Assembly: GCA_965208835.1 (NCBI GenBank)
Contig: OZ242358.1
Coordinates: 1,152,001-1,216,000, forward strand
Source: Candidatus Latescibacterota bacterium
Lineage (GTDB): Bacteria; Latescibacterota; UBA2968; GCA-2709665
Length of the DNA stretch: 64,000 nucleotides
Reading direction: 5' to 3'
Under the pieces are notes generated by a model. The model did not search any database. It was not told the DNA's origin and worked only from the letters and a program-made list of their open reading frames with translations. The position numbers were made by a program, and so were the translations under genes. Of this stretch, positions 54,676 to 64,000 are shown piece by piece. Within the stretch, counting starts at the first letter, position 1. Each line of letters begins with the position of its first letter.

Positions 54676-55779
54676 TTGGGCGAACCCGTGGTATTGCTTC
54701 GTGAAGGACCGTTGAAATTCCACGTGTTCAGGGGAAGCTCCGTCGAGATGGGCCGGGCTCATGGTTCTCTTGACCCGGAGTTTCTCCGATCGCGGCTGGA
54801 CGAATGGCTGACGTGGCCTCACGATTTCGATCACCCGTATTTTCGGAAGAACATGGCGTTCATGCGGCGCGAGTTTCCGGATTTCATCGAACGCATGGAA
54901 GCTTACGGCGCGGCGGCGGGTATCGACAACTTCGATCACACCTACTATCTGCACATGGTCGACACCGGCCGAGAGCAAGAAGCATGTTCCGCGTTCGGAA
55001 TCCTGCTGAGCGACGATGGGCCGGCCCTGCTGCGAACCTACGACCCTTCTGATTCCACCGGGACGAGCTACTTTGTCAGGGATCGCTTCGTGGCGGCGTT
55101 TCCGGATTGCCGCCCGCACGGATACCTCGGCATGGGCGGGCATCACTTCTGTGTCGTACATACCTCAGTCAACGACGCCGGCCTGCTTACGGGATGGGCT
55201 TCGGGGGCGCCGAAATTCCATTGGCCCGACAACCCGGAACACGTCAATCTCTTTCAGATCACCGGACTCGTGCCACAGCATTGCGGTGACTGCGAGGACG
55301 TGAGGCGGTTTCTCAACGAATACCGGATTTCCGGGCTGAAAGGGCTGACCGGCACGTCCGTGGACGCCAGGGGTAACATACTCGGTATCGAACTGGAATC
55401 TGAGAATATCGCATTTCGCGAACCCGAAAATGACATGGTACTGGAGGTGAACCACTGGCAGCATCCCGACCTCCAGCGCCTGGCACGGAAGAGAAAACCG
55501 GAATTCTGGACGAGCCCCTATTACTACAATTCACAGAACCGCGTGCAGTACGTGGAATACCACCGGGACAGGTTCCTGCGGATGTCCACACTCGAAGAGC
55601 TGATTGACTTTACGTTCGACGTGCACGCTCCCGGTCGAATCCTGCAGATGCCGGACGCCAACATTGCCAACTGGATGACCTCGCATGCGATCTATATGAC
55701 TGCCGCCGACCGGAGAATGCGGGTACACCCGTATCCGCTTGATAAAGACAGATACACCGAAGTCGCATATCTCGGTTGA
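54676..55779 (+). CDS. Peptidase C45 family Ntn hydrolase
   Basis: GSSVEMGRAHG, QEACSAFG nucleophile Cys, VNDAGL, VNHW; TTG start after GAGGAG; similar to 34677-35750. Confidence 0.75.
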   Translation: MGEPVVLLREGPLKFHVFRGSSVEMGRAHGSLDPEFLRSRLDEWLTWPHDFDHPYFRKNMAFMRREFPDFIERMEAYGAAAGIDNFDHTYYLHMVDTGREQEACSAFGILLSDDGPALLRTYDPSDSTGTSYFVRDRFVAAFPDCRPHGYLGMGGHHFCVVHTSVNDAGLLTGWASGAPKFHWPDNPEHVNLFQITGLVPQHCGDCEDVRRFLNEYRISGLKGLTGTSVDARGNILGIELESENIAFREPENDMVLEVNHWQHPDLQRLARKRKPEFWTSPYYYNSQNRVQYVEYHRDRFLRMSTLEELIDFTFDVHAPGRILQMPDANIANWMTSHAIYMTAADRRMRVHPYPLDKDRYTEVAYLG

Positions 55780-55831
55780 CCACGGACCGGACAGCGCGCG
55801 CCTACCGTTCGATGCCTTTGTCGGGCGGCGT

Positions 55832-56164
55832 ATGCTCGAGCCCAGTCCGATCTTCACCAGAGAGATTCTGTATCTGGGCCTTGGCGGCGCCATTGCGGCG
55901 TCATTGGCGGTGATGCGTGCGCGGTTCGTGTGGTGGCCCCTGCATCCTGTCGCGCTTCCCGTCAGCACGATTGCCTATACGGATTGCCTCTTTATCAATG
56001 TCTTTCTGGCCTGGGGAGCAAAGAGCCTGGTGTTGCGGTTTGGTGGCGCCCGGTCCACCCGGCCGTTTTTCATGGGAATCACACTGGGTGAGGCTGTTTG
56101 TACCGGGCTCTGGATTGCCGTGGACTACTTTACGGGGACGGTCTCCAATGCTTTCTTTCCATAA
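55832..56164 (+). pseudogene. C-terminal fragment of a polytopic membrane transporter-like protein (WWPLHP family)
   Basis: RARFVWWPLHPVALP...FLAWGAKSLVLRFGG...RPFFMGITLGE resembles the last helices of large DUF6785/6784-type membrane proteins; no N-terminal part present. Confidence 0.55.
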
Positions 56165-56202
56165 GCGTAGCTGAGGCCGGGTGTACGATACGGAGGGAAG
56201 AT

Positions 56203-56970
56203 ATGAAGTCGGATAGAACAGAGGAAACGGGCGGCGGAGTACCGGCTGTCGAGTTGAATCAGACCTGGGATATGGGACGGCTGGTCGACCTCACCTGTGA
56301 TTACTTCAACGGGATGCCGGTCGACATGACGGGAACCCTGCCTTCGTTTCGGATGCGGGAACTTGACGAAGAGATGGAAGCTCTTTGCAGGGGCCGTGAG
56401 TACCGCAGCTACACGCAGGAAGTCCGGATGTGCGTGCAGGCCGGCAACTACCTGGAAACCGGAGCGCACCTCTATCCGGAAATGGAATCGGTTGCCGACG
56501 TCGGCCTGGAACGGCTGTTCTTGTCCGCGGTGGTGTTGCATATCCCCAGAGGCAAGGATGAAAAAGTGACCGCCGCTGACCTGGGCATTGCTCTTGGAGA
56601 ACTTGGAGAGAAGATCCATCCGGGGGACGCGATTCTGGTCGCCACGGGTTACAACCGGTTCGGCAGCAGTGACGTTCGCTGCGAACTGACGCCACATTTC
56701 AGCTACGACGCGATCGACTGGGCGGTGAGTCGGAAACCTTCGATCCTGGCATCGGACATGGCGAGTTGGCACGATGGGGAGGAAGAACCGAGTTTCTGGC
56801 CCATGCTGATGAGGTCCGGCGTTCTGGTGATCGGATCGCTGATGAACGTGTCGGCGATAACCGTTCACCGCATCCGGTTGATCGCCCTTCCGATGAAAAT
56901 TCGAGGCGCATGCGCGGCGCCCTGCCGGCTGATCGCCGTTCTCCCTTCGTGCGGCGGACGGGCAGGGTAG
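56203..56970 (+). CDS. Cyclase (kynurenine formamidase-like) family protein with altered metal motif
   Basis: LVDLT, QAGNYLETGAHL at the HxGTHxDxPxH position, PGDAILVATG, LIALPMKIRGACAAPCRLIA. Confidence 0.75.
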   Translation: MKSDRTEETGGGVPAVELNQTWDMGRLVDLTCDYFNGMPVDMTGTLPSFRMRELDEEMEALCRGREYRSYTQEVRMCVQAGNYLETGAHLYPEMESVADVGLERLFLSAVVLHIPRGKDEKVTAADLGIALGELGEKIHPGDAILVATGYNRFGSSDVRCELTPHFSYDAIDWAVSRKPSILASDMASWHDGEEEPSFWPMLMRSGVLVIGSLMNVSAITVHRIRLIALPMKIRGACAAPCRLIAVLPSCGGRAG

Positions 56971-57022
56971 ATACGAGGATGCCCGCGGCGGCAACGAAAC
57001 ATACTGACCAGAGGAGGTCACG

Positions 57023-58153
57023 ATGAAGATCAAGAGGATATCGACCCATCGGCTGCGAGAATGTGAAATCAGCATGGAGAAGTGGACGCACTTCACGAAG
57101 TGGAAGGCAAGCGAGGAATGGATCGAAGACGAAGTCTTCGGTAAAAAGTGGATCTCTCCGACGTGCGTGTGCTACAACCCGACCGACGGCCTCGTCTACG
57201 TGGGGCTGACCGCCCTCGACAGGGATATCTTCTACACGTTCGACCCCGCGACGGATACGTGGTCGTCACTGAACTATCCCGGGGAACGGGACCGGTACGG
57301 GAGCAAGATCCACCAGGGCCTGGAGGTGGACGATGAGGGGCGCGTGTACGCGGGGGTGGCCACGCTGGGAGACGCCGATATCTGGCCGAAAGCCTCGGGT
57401 GGTCCGATCTTCCGATACGATCCCCGGAGCGGGGAGTACGAGTTCCTGTGCATCCCGATCGAGCATGACTACGTTCAGGGATTCGTCATGGACCGCCGAC
57501 GGGGCATCATCTACGGCGATACGTTTCCCGGGCGAAAGATGTTTCGATACGATGTCGGAAGCGACAGCGCGCGCGTGCTGACCATGCTGGGCGACGTATC
57601 CACCGAGCATCTTGCGCTGGACGCGGACGGAGGCGCCTGGCACACGTACGAACTCATGCAATGGGCCGGGCGCTACCCACTGCTGCGATACGATCCCGAC
57701 CGGGACGAGATCGACTTCACCAACGTCGATCTGCCGGACGTTTCACCTGGAATTAAAGGATCGAATCAGATGGATTCGTCGTTACTGACGGAGGACGGGA
57801 CGATGTACATCGGCACGACCGCCGGGGCGCTCGTACAGGTGGATCACCGGGGTCCAGGGGTGAACGCGACGTATCTGGGAAAACCCTACGTCGCGCCGCG
57901 CATGAAGGGACTGATCGAGGGTCCCGACGGCCTGATCTACGGGGTGAGCGGGGGAGACTACGATACGCATTTCTTCACGTATGACCGTCGAACGGGATTG
58001 TACAACAACCTGGGGCCGATTCGGGATACGCAGGACGGGACGCGGTGCTGGCTGGCGCACCATATGTGCATGGTGGACGCGAAGACATTCATCGTGGCCG
58101 AATCGGACAACCACTTCCGCGCGAGCTTCCTGTTCAAAGTGGAGCTGGCTTAG
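57023..58153 (+). CDS. Hypothetical beta-propeller protein
   Basis: Repeated DGxxYxG / FRYDP blades; AGGAGG RBS. Confidence 0.75.
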   Translation: MKIKRISTHRLRECEISMEKWTHFTKWKASEEWIEDEVFGKKWISPTCVCYNPTDGLVYVGLTALDRDIFYTFDPATDTWSSLNYPGERDRYGSKIHQGLEVDDEGRVYAGVATLGDADIWPKASGGPIFRYDPRSGEYEFLCIPIEHDYVQGFVMDRRRGIIYGDTFPGRKMFRYDVGSDSARVLTMLGDVSTEHLALDADGGAWHTYELMQWAGRYPLLRYDPDRDEIDFTNVDLPDVSPGIKGSNQMDSSLLTEDGTMYIGTTAGALVQVDHRGPGVNATYLGKPYVAPRMKGLIEGPDGLIYGVSGGDYDTHFFTYDRRTGLYNNLGPIRDTQDGTRCWLAHHMCMVDAKTFIVAESDNHFRASFLFKVELA

Positions 58154-58227
58154 CCGCCGGAAAGACCAATCGCAGGCCTGTTCCCGGATTGAACTCCGCG
58201 CGGATTGATCGGGTTGGTGAGAAGCGG

Positions 58228-58782
58228 ATGGCACTGATTGCAATAGGCGGATTCCCGGGCGCCGGGAAGACGACGATATGCCGGAGACTTTCCAGTGAGT
58301 TAAATCTGCCTTGCCTGAGTTCAGATACCATCGGCAGGACGATCGAGGACTCGTCCGGAATCAAGAGCGGCCGCATTGAAGCGTACCGGGTGGCGTACGA
58401 TGTGCTTTTCCGCCTTTGCGAGGAGTTCATCCGGACGTCCGCCAGCGTAATTCTCGACCTGACCCTGGGGTGGGATTTCCAGTGGCGGAAACTGAACGGC
58501 ATTCTCGAACGGCATCCACAGACTCTATTCCTGCCCGTCGTACTACAATGCTCACGCGAGTTGTGCCTGGAGCGGCTCGAGGCGCGTCACAGGGCGATGC
58601 CGGAGGCGTACGCCGCTCCGTCTTACTTCAGGAATGAGCGGAAGGTCCACGATATCTGGGAATACCTTAGGGAACTGGATCGTCCGGAGGTTTGCTTCGT
58701 CGATGCCAGCGGAGACGAGGATCAGGTGTATGAGAAAGTAAAACAGTATGTTACAGGCGCGTTTCCGAAGGCTGAAACTTAA
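58228..58782 (+). CDS. P-loop NTPase, predicted small-molecule kinase (AAA_33-like)
   Basis: IAIGGFPGAGKTT, LSSDTI, SVILD, CLERLEAR lid. Confidence 0.8.
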   Translation: MALIAIGGFPGAGKTTICRRLSSELNLPCLSSDTIGRTIEDSSGIKSGRIEAYRVAYDVLFRLCEEFIRTSASVILDLTLGWDFQWRKLNGILERHPQTLFLPVVLQCSRELCLERLEARHRAMPEAYAAPSYFRNERKVHDIWEYLRELDRPEVCFVDASGDEDQVYEKVKQYVTGAFPKAET

Positions 58783-58953
58783 AGCAAACAGAATCTGTCC
58801 ATCAATAGTACCACAACGACGGAAATGGCACATACAGGATACTGCGCCAGGAATTGCGATTTCGCACGCCAGACTGATGAATTATGGCAAATTAAAACCC
58901 CGTGGTCCCAAAAAGGGCCACGGGATCGAAAGTTATTCGGCTGTAAGTGATTG

Positions 58954-59208
58954 TTATTTTATGAGCCTGAGTCGCTTCAGGTCCGCTTCCGACCACCCTA
59001 TGCTTTCGAGAATGCCCCTCAGGATTTTTGGACCGAACGTCTTCCCGGGATGATAGTGAATCACGATTCGGGCTCCATCCTTATAGAATGGCCTTGTGCC
59101 GCTTCTTCTTTTTTCTTCTGCCCATCCATCCGTCCTTAGCGCACGAATGAGCTTCTCGACCGAAATTCCCCTTATCTGACTCCAGGCATGTCTGCCATAG
59201 TGGGCCAT
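58954..59208 (-). CDS. hicA: HicA-like toxin
   Basis: LIRALRTDGW...RIVIHYHPGKTFGPKILRGILESIGW; basic 84 aa; overlaps hicB. Confidence 0.7.
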   Translation of the reverse strand: MAHYGRHAWSQIRGISVEKLIRALRTDGWAEEKRRSGTRPFYKDGARIVIHYHPGKTFGPKILRGILESIGWSEADLKRLRLIK

Positions 59209-59501
59209 GTCAACCCGGTCCATTCGTTGGGCGTGGAGCTGGAAGGTTCTCCGATACTTGTGAAGCCCATTTCCAGGTCTTCAACCTTCTCAATTATCAA
59301 ATCCGGGCCAACGGGCAATGCCTCCCCGTGTTTTTTCAATGAATCCAGATAGGCCCTGATTCCATCCTTCGTTCGCCGAAGCGCTGTCTGCCTCGTTGGC
59401 CCGTCAATGTGAAGGCCAGGCAGTGCCGGCGCCGTGACATAGTATTGATCTTCGTCCGGTTCTACGATAACGCGGACGCGAATCTTGTACCGTGCCTGCA
59501 T
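59172..59501 (-). CDS. hicB: HicB-like antitoxin
   Basis: VIVEPDEDQYYVTAPALPGLHIDGPT...AL...KDGIRAYLDSL..HGEALP. Confidence 0.85.
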   Translation of the reverse strand: MQARYKIRVRVIVEPDEDQYYVTAPALPGLHIDGPTRQTALRRTKDGIRAYLDSLKKHGEALPVGPDLIIEKVEDLEMGFTSIGEPSSSTPNEWTGLTWPTMADMPGVR

Positions 59502-59693
59502 TTTTCATGGTCCTTTGCCAGTGGGTCTGCTCTTCTTCCCCGGGAGCGTCTGCTACTGGACTTCGCGTCTTGTCGGCACGCCTTGTCGGATCGACGATGA
59601 GGGCCGGTGTGTGCGGATAATTACGAAAACTCAGGTAGAATCCGCGACGTGAAATCGGAATTGGTACTCCGCGGGCAGACTGAATGCGCTTGT

Positions 59694-59723
59694 AATATAT
59701 ACAGCAGATTGTCGAATTGTCAA
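59694..59723 (-). promoter_or_regulatory. Putative sigma70 promoter upstream of hicB-hicA
   Basis: Minus strand TTGACA-N16/18-TATATA/TATATT. Confidence 0.5.
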
Positions 59724-59958
59724 TGCGCTTTTGGCGCACAAGCCGCGTAAATCGCCCCCAACAGTCTCTCGTTCTGTCGGAACTTTGGTACGTGCAAGAA
59801 TTCACTTGCCGTTTTGCGTGAATCGGTAAGACGTGGTCGCAATTACCGAGTCCAGTCCCACCATAGCCTATCGAATTCCAGACGTCTGGCCTCTGACTCT
59901 CCAGGGTGGAAGACGTCCGGATTTGAAAGAGATGCCGACTTGCTGAGGAAATGTCCTG

Positions 59959-60546
59959 ATGCTCCCCGATCCTTCCCTCTACATCTCCGATCTGGATGGC
60001 ACACTTCTGGATAGAGAAACGACTCTGTCCCGATACAGCAAGGATACGCTCAACGCGCTGATGGATCAGGGTCTGCTATTCACCGTGGCCAGCGCACGCA
60101 GTGTCGCCTCCATGCGCCACGTGCTGGCTGGCCTGCGCCTTTGTTTGCCGGTCGTTGAAGTCAACGGCGCCTTCGTCTCCGATCTGGCTGGCGGTCGGCA
60201 CTATGTGGTCCACGAACTGCACCGCGATATTCTGCCCGGATTGTGGCAGCAAATCACCGACGCGGGCTACCTGCCCTTCATCTCCACGTACGACGGAACG
60301 GCAGATCGTTGTTACTACCGCGATGTCACCAATGACGGCATGGCATGGTACGTGAGAAACAGGAAGCTTAACCAGGACCCGCGAATGCACTATCTGCACG
60401 ACCTGGAGCGCGGCCTGGAAGAGCAGGTGGTCAGTCTGAGGGTCATTGGAACGGGACGGGAAATGGAGGAACCTGCATTGGTCGCGTACTTCAGTTCTCG
60501 ACTGCAAAGAGAATCTTGTAAAGCACTGGCACGAACAGCAAGGTGA
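59959..60546 (+). pseudogene. 3'-truncated Cof-type HAD hydrolase
   Basis: YISDLDGTLL, TVASARS, VEVNGA present; motifs III/IV (K...GDxxND) absent; the ORF runs into the convergent RND gene end. Confidence 0.7.
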
Positions 60547-63500
60547 TCACAGTGGCAAACAGCAAGCCCACCATGATAGCCACCGCCATCGGCTCCCACA
60601 TCAACCCACCGCCCAGATAGAGGGGGACAAGGCCCAACGTCGTCGTACACGTGGTCAGCAGGATGGGGCGAAAACGCTGCTGAGCCGCGGAGACGATCGC
60701 CTCAATTGACGCCTCTTCAGACCGGTCCAGTTCGATCTGTATGCGGTCTATGAGCACGATCGCGTTGTTTATGACGATACCGGCCAGCGAGATCAATCCG
60801 AGAAAGGCAAAAAAACCAAAGAACGAGCGAAAGATAAGCAATCCGGCAATGACTCCGATTAGACCAAGAGGAATGGTGCTCAGCACGATAAAGGTCTTGC
60901 GGAAGGAATTGAACTGTACGATCAACAGCGCCAGAATGATAAAGCCGGATAGAGGCAGTTTGGCGACCACCGCGCTCATGGCCTCGCTGCTTTGTTCCGA
61001 CTCGCCGCCCAACTCGTAGCGATAGCTCTGCTTCCACGATTTGCTGTCTTCTTCGAGCCACGGGAAGAGTACGTCGGTGATATCCTGCGCCGTAAAACCG
61101 CTCTTAGCGTCGCAGGTCACGGTCAGGGTGCGGTACAGGTCGCGCCGTTTGATCTTGGCGAGTTGCCACACAGGCACGATCTGGGCCACCTGTCCGAGCG
61201 GCACGTTATCGCCGGAACTCTGGGCGTAGATGTTAATGCTCTCCAGTTGGCGCACATCCACATCCTGGCTGCTTTCGTTGAGCAGGATTACGGGGAGACT
61301 CTGATCGCCTTCGCGGAATGCTCCCGTATTGAACCCCGTGAGCGCGGTCTGCAACGAAAGGGCGATATCCTGGTTGGTCAGGCCGGCGTTCCGGGTCCTG
61401 GACTGGTCAATGTCAACGACGACTTTCTTGATCTTTGGTCCCCAATCGTCGCCGATATTCTGCGTGCTTGAGATCTCATTGAGTTTTTGCTTGATGCGCT
61501 CGGCGAGGCCGAACAGCTCGTTTGGATCCGGCCCTGTAATTCGCACGGCCACGTCACTGCCGCCTCCGCCTCCCGCCAACCGCGAAACTCGTATTTTGGC
61601 ATCCGGAAAGGAGCGGAAGCTAAAGGCATCCAGACGGTCAATGACCCACTGGTTGTCGTCGCCCGAACTGGTATTGAGCAACATATGGGCGTACCCCGAG
61701 TTGGCTTCGCCCGACTGATAACCCTGATCGTATGAGGGCGGCCCCTCGCTGACAAAGGTCGCCCAATCCGTTACCCCGCGTTGGCGGTTTTTGCTCACCA
61801 AGAGGCTATCCGAAATATACGACTCGAGCTGTTCCACCCGGGCAGTCGTCGTCTCAATCTTGGTGCCCAGGGGCAAATTCAGATTTACCGTCAATAAGTT
61901 GCGCTCGCTGTCGGGGAAGAAGATGAACGGCAATAAACCAAAGCCGAAGAGCGACAATACAAACAGACCGGCGATGATCCCCATAAATGAATAGGGGCGA
62001 CCAAGGGCCTTGAGGAGCAGCTCTTTATACTGGCTGTTGAGACGATCGATAAAAGTGCTTTTCTCGGATTGGGATGCTTGCCGTTTCACCCGGATGAAAA
62101 ACACCGCCAACAAAGTGACCATGGTTAGGGAGAGTACCCAGGAAGAAAGCAGGGCTATGGTAATCACACTGAAAAGCGGCCCCATCATCTCGCCCATGAT
62201 GGAAGCGGCCAAAAAGAAGGACAAGAACGCGGCTGAAGTGGTCAGCGAAGAGACCAAAAGCGGTACGGCCAGTTCCCGAGCCGATTCAATGGCAGCCTCT
62301 TCGGCGTCGGTGCCCCTTTCCATCTTGACCATGATGGCTTCGGACACCACGATGGCATTATCCACCAGCATGCCCAGCGCCATGATCAACGCCGCCAGCG
62401 ACACCTGATTGAGACCGATATCGAGTATCCCCATGACGAAAAGGGTCGCGACAATGGTCATGGGAATGAGGCTGGCTACCACCAGGCCAGTGCGCAGTCC
62501 CAAAAAGATCAGCATGGACAACAGCACAATGGCGACGCTCTGCAGAAGATTGTTGGTGAAATCGGCGACCGATTTCTCTACCTCAAAGTCCTGGGAAGCC
62601 ACTCTATTGAGGGTTATGCCCAGAGGCAGCCGCGCTTGGTGGAGGGCGGCCAGTTGGTCGATCTCCTCACCCAACTTGATGATGTTGGCCCCTTCGCTGA
62701 GCGCCACCGAGAGCGACAACCCCGGCTGACCGTTGATCTTGAACAGGCGTTGCCGGGGCGTCTCGTAGGTTCGCACGATGCGAGTTACATCGCCAAGGTA
62801 CACGCTCCCGTCCTTGCCCACTGAAATCAACGTCCTCCCCAGTTCGTCCAGGTCGGCGTAACTGCCGGTCGGTTCGAGCACCAGGCGTTCATCCTCCAGG
62901 CTGACCTCGCCGCCGGAAAAAACGATGTTGGTGCTGGCAATGCTGTTCTTGATTTTTTGCGCCGAGAGACCCAAATCGGCCAGCCGGGCGTCGTTGAATT
63001 TCAGGTAGATCCGTTCTTTCTGAATGCCGCTAATCTTGACCCCGGCAGCGTCTGGCAGCTTTATCAGGTCGTCTCTCAGGTCCTTTGCGTAGGACTCCAG
63101 TTCAGCAAAGGTGAAACCATCCCCGGTCAGACCGATCACGATGCCGTACACCACCCCGACCCCATCGTCCTTGACCTCGGGTCCACGGATGCCTTCGGGC
63201 AGGTCCGGGCGGATGGTCTCAATCTTGCGGCGCAGACGGTCCCATACGGCCTGCAGTTCTTCCGGATGTACTTCCTGTTTGAGTGCTACCGAAACGACTG
63301 ACAGCCCCGTCCGCGATTCACTCGTGACGGTATTCAGCTCGGGCAATTCTTGCGCGGCTTCTTCGATCCTGCTGGTGATCAGGGCTTCGACTCGCTCGGG
63401 ACCTGCACCGGGAAATCCAGTCACAACCGACGCGACTCGGACGGTATAAGGGGGCATACTGTCGCGTGGCATCGTCTGATAGCCGGCGATGCCCAGCAGC

Positions 63501-63565
63501 GCAACGACGAGCAATACCACGATGGTGGCGCGGTTGTTTTCCAGGGCAATTCGGGCCAGGTTCAT
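60491..63565 (-). CDS. RND efflux transporter permease (AcrB/AcrD/AcrF family)
   Basis: 1024 aa; FPGAGPERVE, LGMLVDNAIVV, LAGIVINNAIVLID, RFRPILLT. Confidence 0.95.
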   Translation of the reverse strand: MNLARIALENNRATIVVLLVVALLGIAGYQTMPRDSMPPYTVRVASVVTGFPGAGPERVEALITSRIEEAAQELPELNTVTSESRTGLSVVSVALKQEVHPEELQAVWDRLRRKIETIRPDLPEGIRGPEVKDDGVGVVYGIVIGLTGDGFTFAELESYAKDLRDDLIKLPDAAGVKISGIQKERIYLKFNDARLADLGLSAQKIKNSIASTNIVFSGGEVSLEDERLVLEPTGSYADLDELGRTLISVGKDGSVYLGDVTRIVRTYETPRQRLFKINGQPGLSLSVALSEGANIIKLGEEIDQLAALHQARLPLGITLNRVASQDFEVEKSVADFTNNLLQSVAIVLLSMLIFLGLRTGLVVASLIPMTIVATLFVMGILDIGLNQVSLAALIMALGMLVDNAIVVSEAIMVKMERGTDAEEAAIESARELAVPLLVSSLTTSAAFLSFFLAASIMGEMMGPLFSVITIALLSSWVLSLTMVTLLAVFFIRVKRQASQSEKSTFIDRLNSQYKELLLKALGRPYSFMGIIAGLFVLSLFGFGLLPFIFFPDSERNLLTVNLNLPLGTKIETTTARVEQLESYISDSLLVSKNRQRGVTDWATFVSEGPPSYDQGYQSGEANSGYAHMLLNTSSGDDNQWVIDRLDAFSFRSFPDAKIRVSRLAGGGGGSDVAVRITGPDPNELFGLAERIKQKLNEISSTQNIGDDWGPKIKKVVVDIDQSRTRNAGLTNQDIALSLQTALTGFNTGAFREGDQSLPVILLNESSQDVDVRQLESINIYAQSSGDNVPLGQVAQIVPVWQLAKIKRRDLYRTLTVTCDAKSGFTAQDITDVLFPWLEEDSKSWKQSYRYELGGESEQSSEAMSAVVAKLPLSGFIILALLIVQFNSFRKTFIVLSTIPLGLIGVIAGLLIFRSFFGFFAFLGLISLAGIVINNAIVLIDRIQIELDRSEEASIEAIVSAAQQRFRPILLTTCTTTLGLVPLYLGGGLMWEPMAVAIMVGLLFATVITLLFVPVLYKILFAVEN

Positions 63566-63593
63566 AGCAAATTCCGTTCAGGACGGTTCCGTC

Positions 63594-64000
63594 TCATTGT
63601 TGCAAGAGGCGCACCTTCATACCGTTCAACAGCGATCTGAGGCCAGCGGTCGCGACCAGCTCCCGGTCGGAGAGGCCGTGTTCCACGACAAAACCGTCTG
63701 CCAGCAAACTGCCGACACGAATTGGCCGACGGCGAACCGTCCCCACGCCATTTTCGACACCGTCTATGACAAATACATATTGGCCGTTGGCGTCTTCGCC
63801 AACCGCTTTAACGGGCACCACGAGCGGGTCCTCCGACGGCTCGCCTGCGCCGAAGCTGAATTCCACATCACCGGCCATGCCGGGCCGGATGGACCGGGAC
63901 GGCGCGTCGAGTTGAACAATGACCGGATATGTACTGGAGGCACCGAGCGCGTATGCAATCTCGCGGACCCGGGCCGAAAAATCCACTCCCGGCAGTGCTG
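63594..64000 (-). CDS. RND membrane fusion (periplasmic adaptor) protein, partial
   Basis: TYPV.V...IRPGMAG.V, VVPVKAV, YVFVI, VRRRPIRVG, GL....LVATAG..L.NG.KV; frame open to window end. Confidence 0.9.
   Translation of the reverse strand, partial: ALPGVDFSARVREIAYALGASSTYPVIVQLDAPSRSIRPGMAGDVEFSFGAGEPSEDPLVVPVKAVGEDANGQYVFVIDGVENGVGTVRRRPIRVGSLLADGFVVEHGLSDRELVATAGLRSLLNGMKVRLLQQ

Noticed and set aside
1-64000. CRISPR array, tRNA/rRNA genes, autonomous transposases
   Set aside because: No regularly spaced short repeats, cloverleaf or rRNA signatures, or DDE/HUH ORFs were recognised by inspection; a tool-based scan was not possible.

Overview
GC-rich bacterial chromosomal window. The T9SS/FlgD-type C-terminal domains, a PorV-like remnant and the many C45/PhyH/heparinase-like enzymes suggest an FCB-group lineage such as Latescibacterota or Gemmatimonadota-like (inference). 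Layout: (1) 1-12.6 kb, a phosphate/polyphosphate island: porin-pstS-pstC under four tandem Pho-box repeats, a divergent CHAD-ParA-ppk1 operon, and phoB/phoR split by an inserted serine hydrolase. (2) 12.8-32 kb, housekeeping and hydrolase genes (RNase II/R, RidA, thyA, folA, rimO, rpmB) with unusual fusions (FolC+ATP-grasp, phosphoesterase+GmhB, CbiX-like+Mo-oxidoreductase-like). (3) 32-40.5 kb and 54.7-58.8 kb, catabolic enzyme clusters. (4) 41.2-54.3 kb, the most striking region: a tandem array of six paralogous secreted proteins (signal peptide, two Cache-like domains, Ig-like domain, T9SS/FlgD-type C-terminal domain). They have hypervariable loops on a conserved frame, a repeated promoter and 3' hairpin per unit, mosaic sequence sharing, and two copies broken in the same interdomain linker. 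(5) hicB-hicA, a truncated HAD gene and an RND efflux pair. At least four families of short non-autonomous MITE-like elements are present, mostly at stop codons or immediately before start codons. No rRNA, tRNA, CRISPR array, transposase or reverse transcriptase was recognised. All family assignments come from motif recognition by eye, not database searches.
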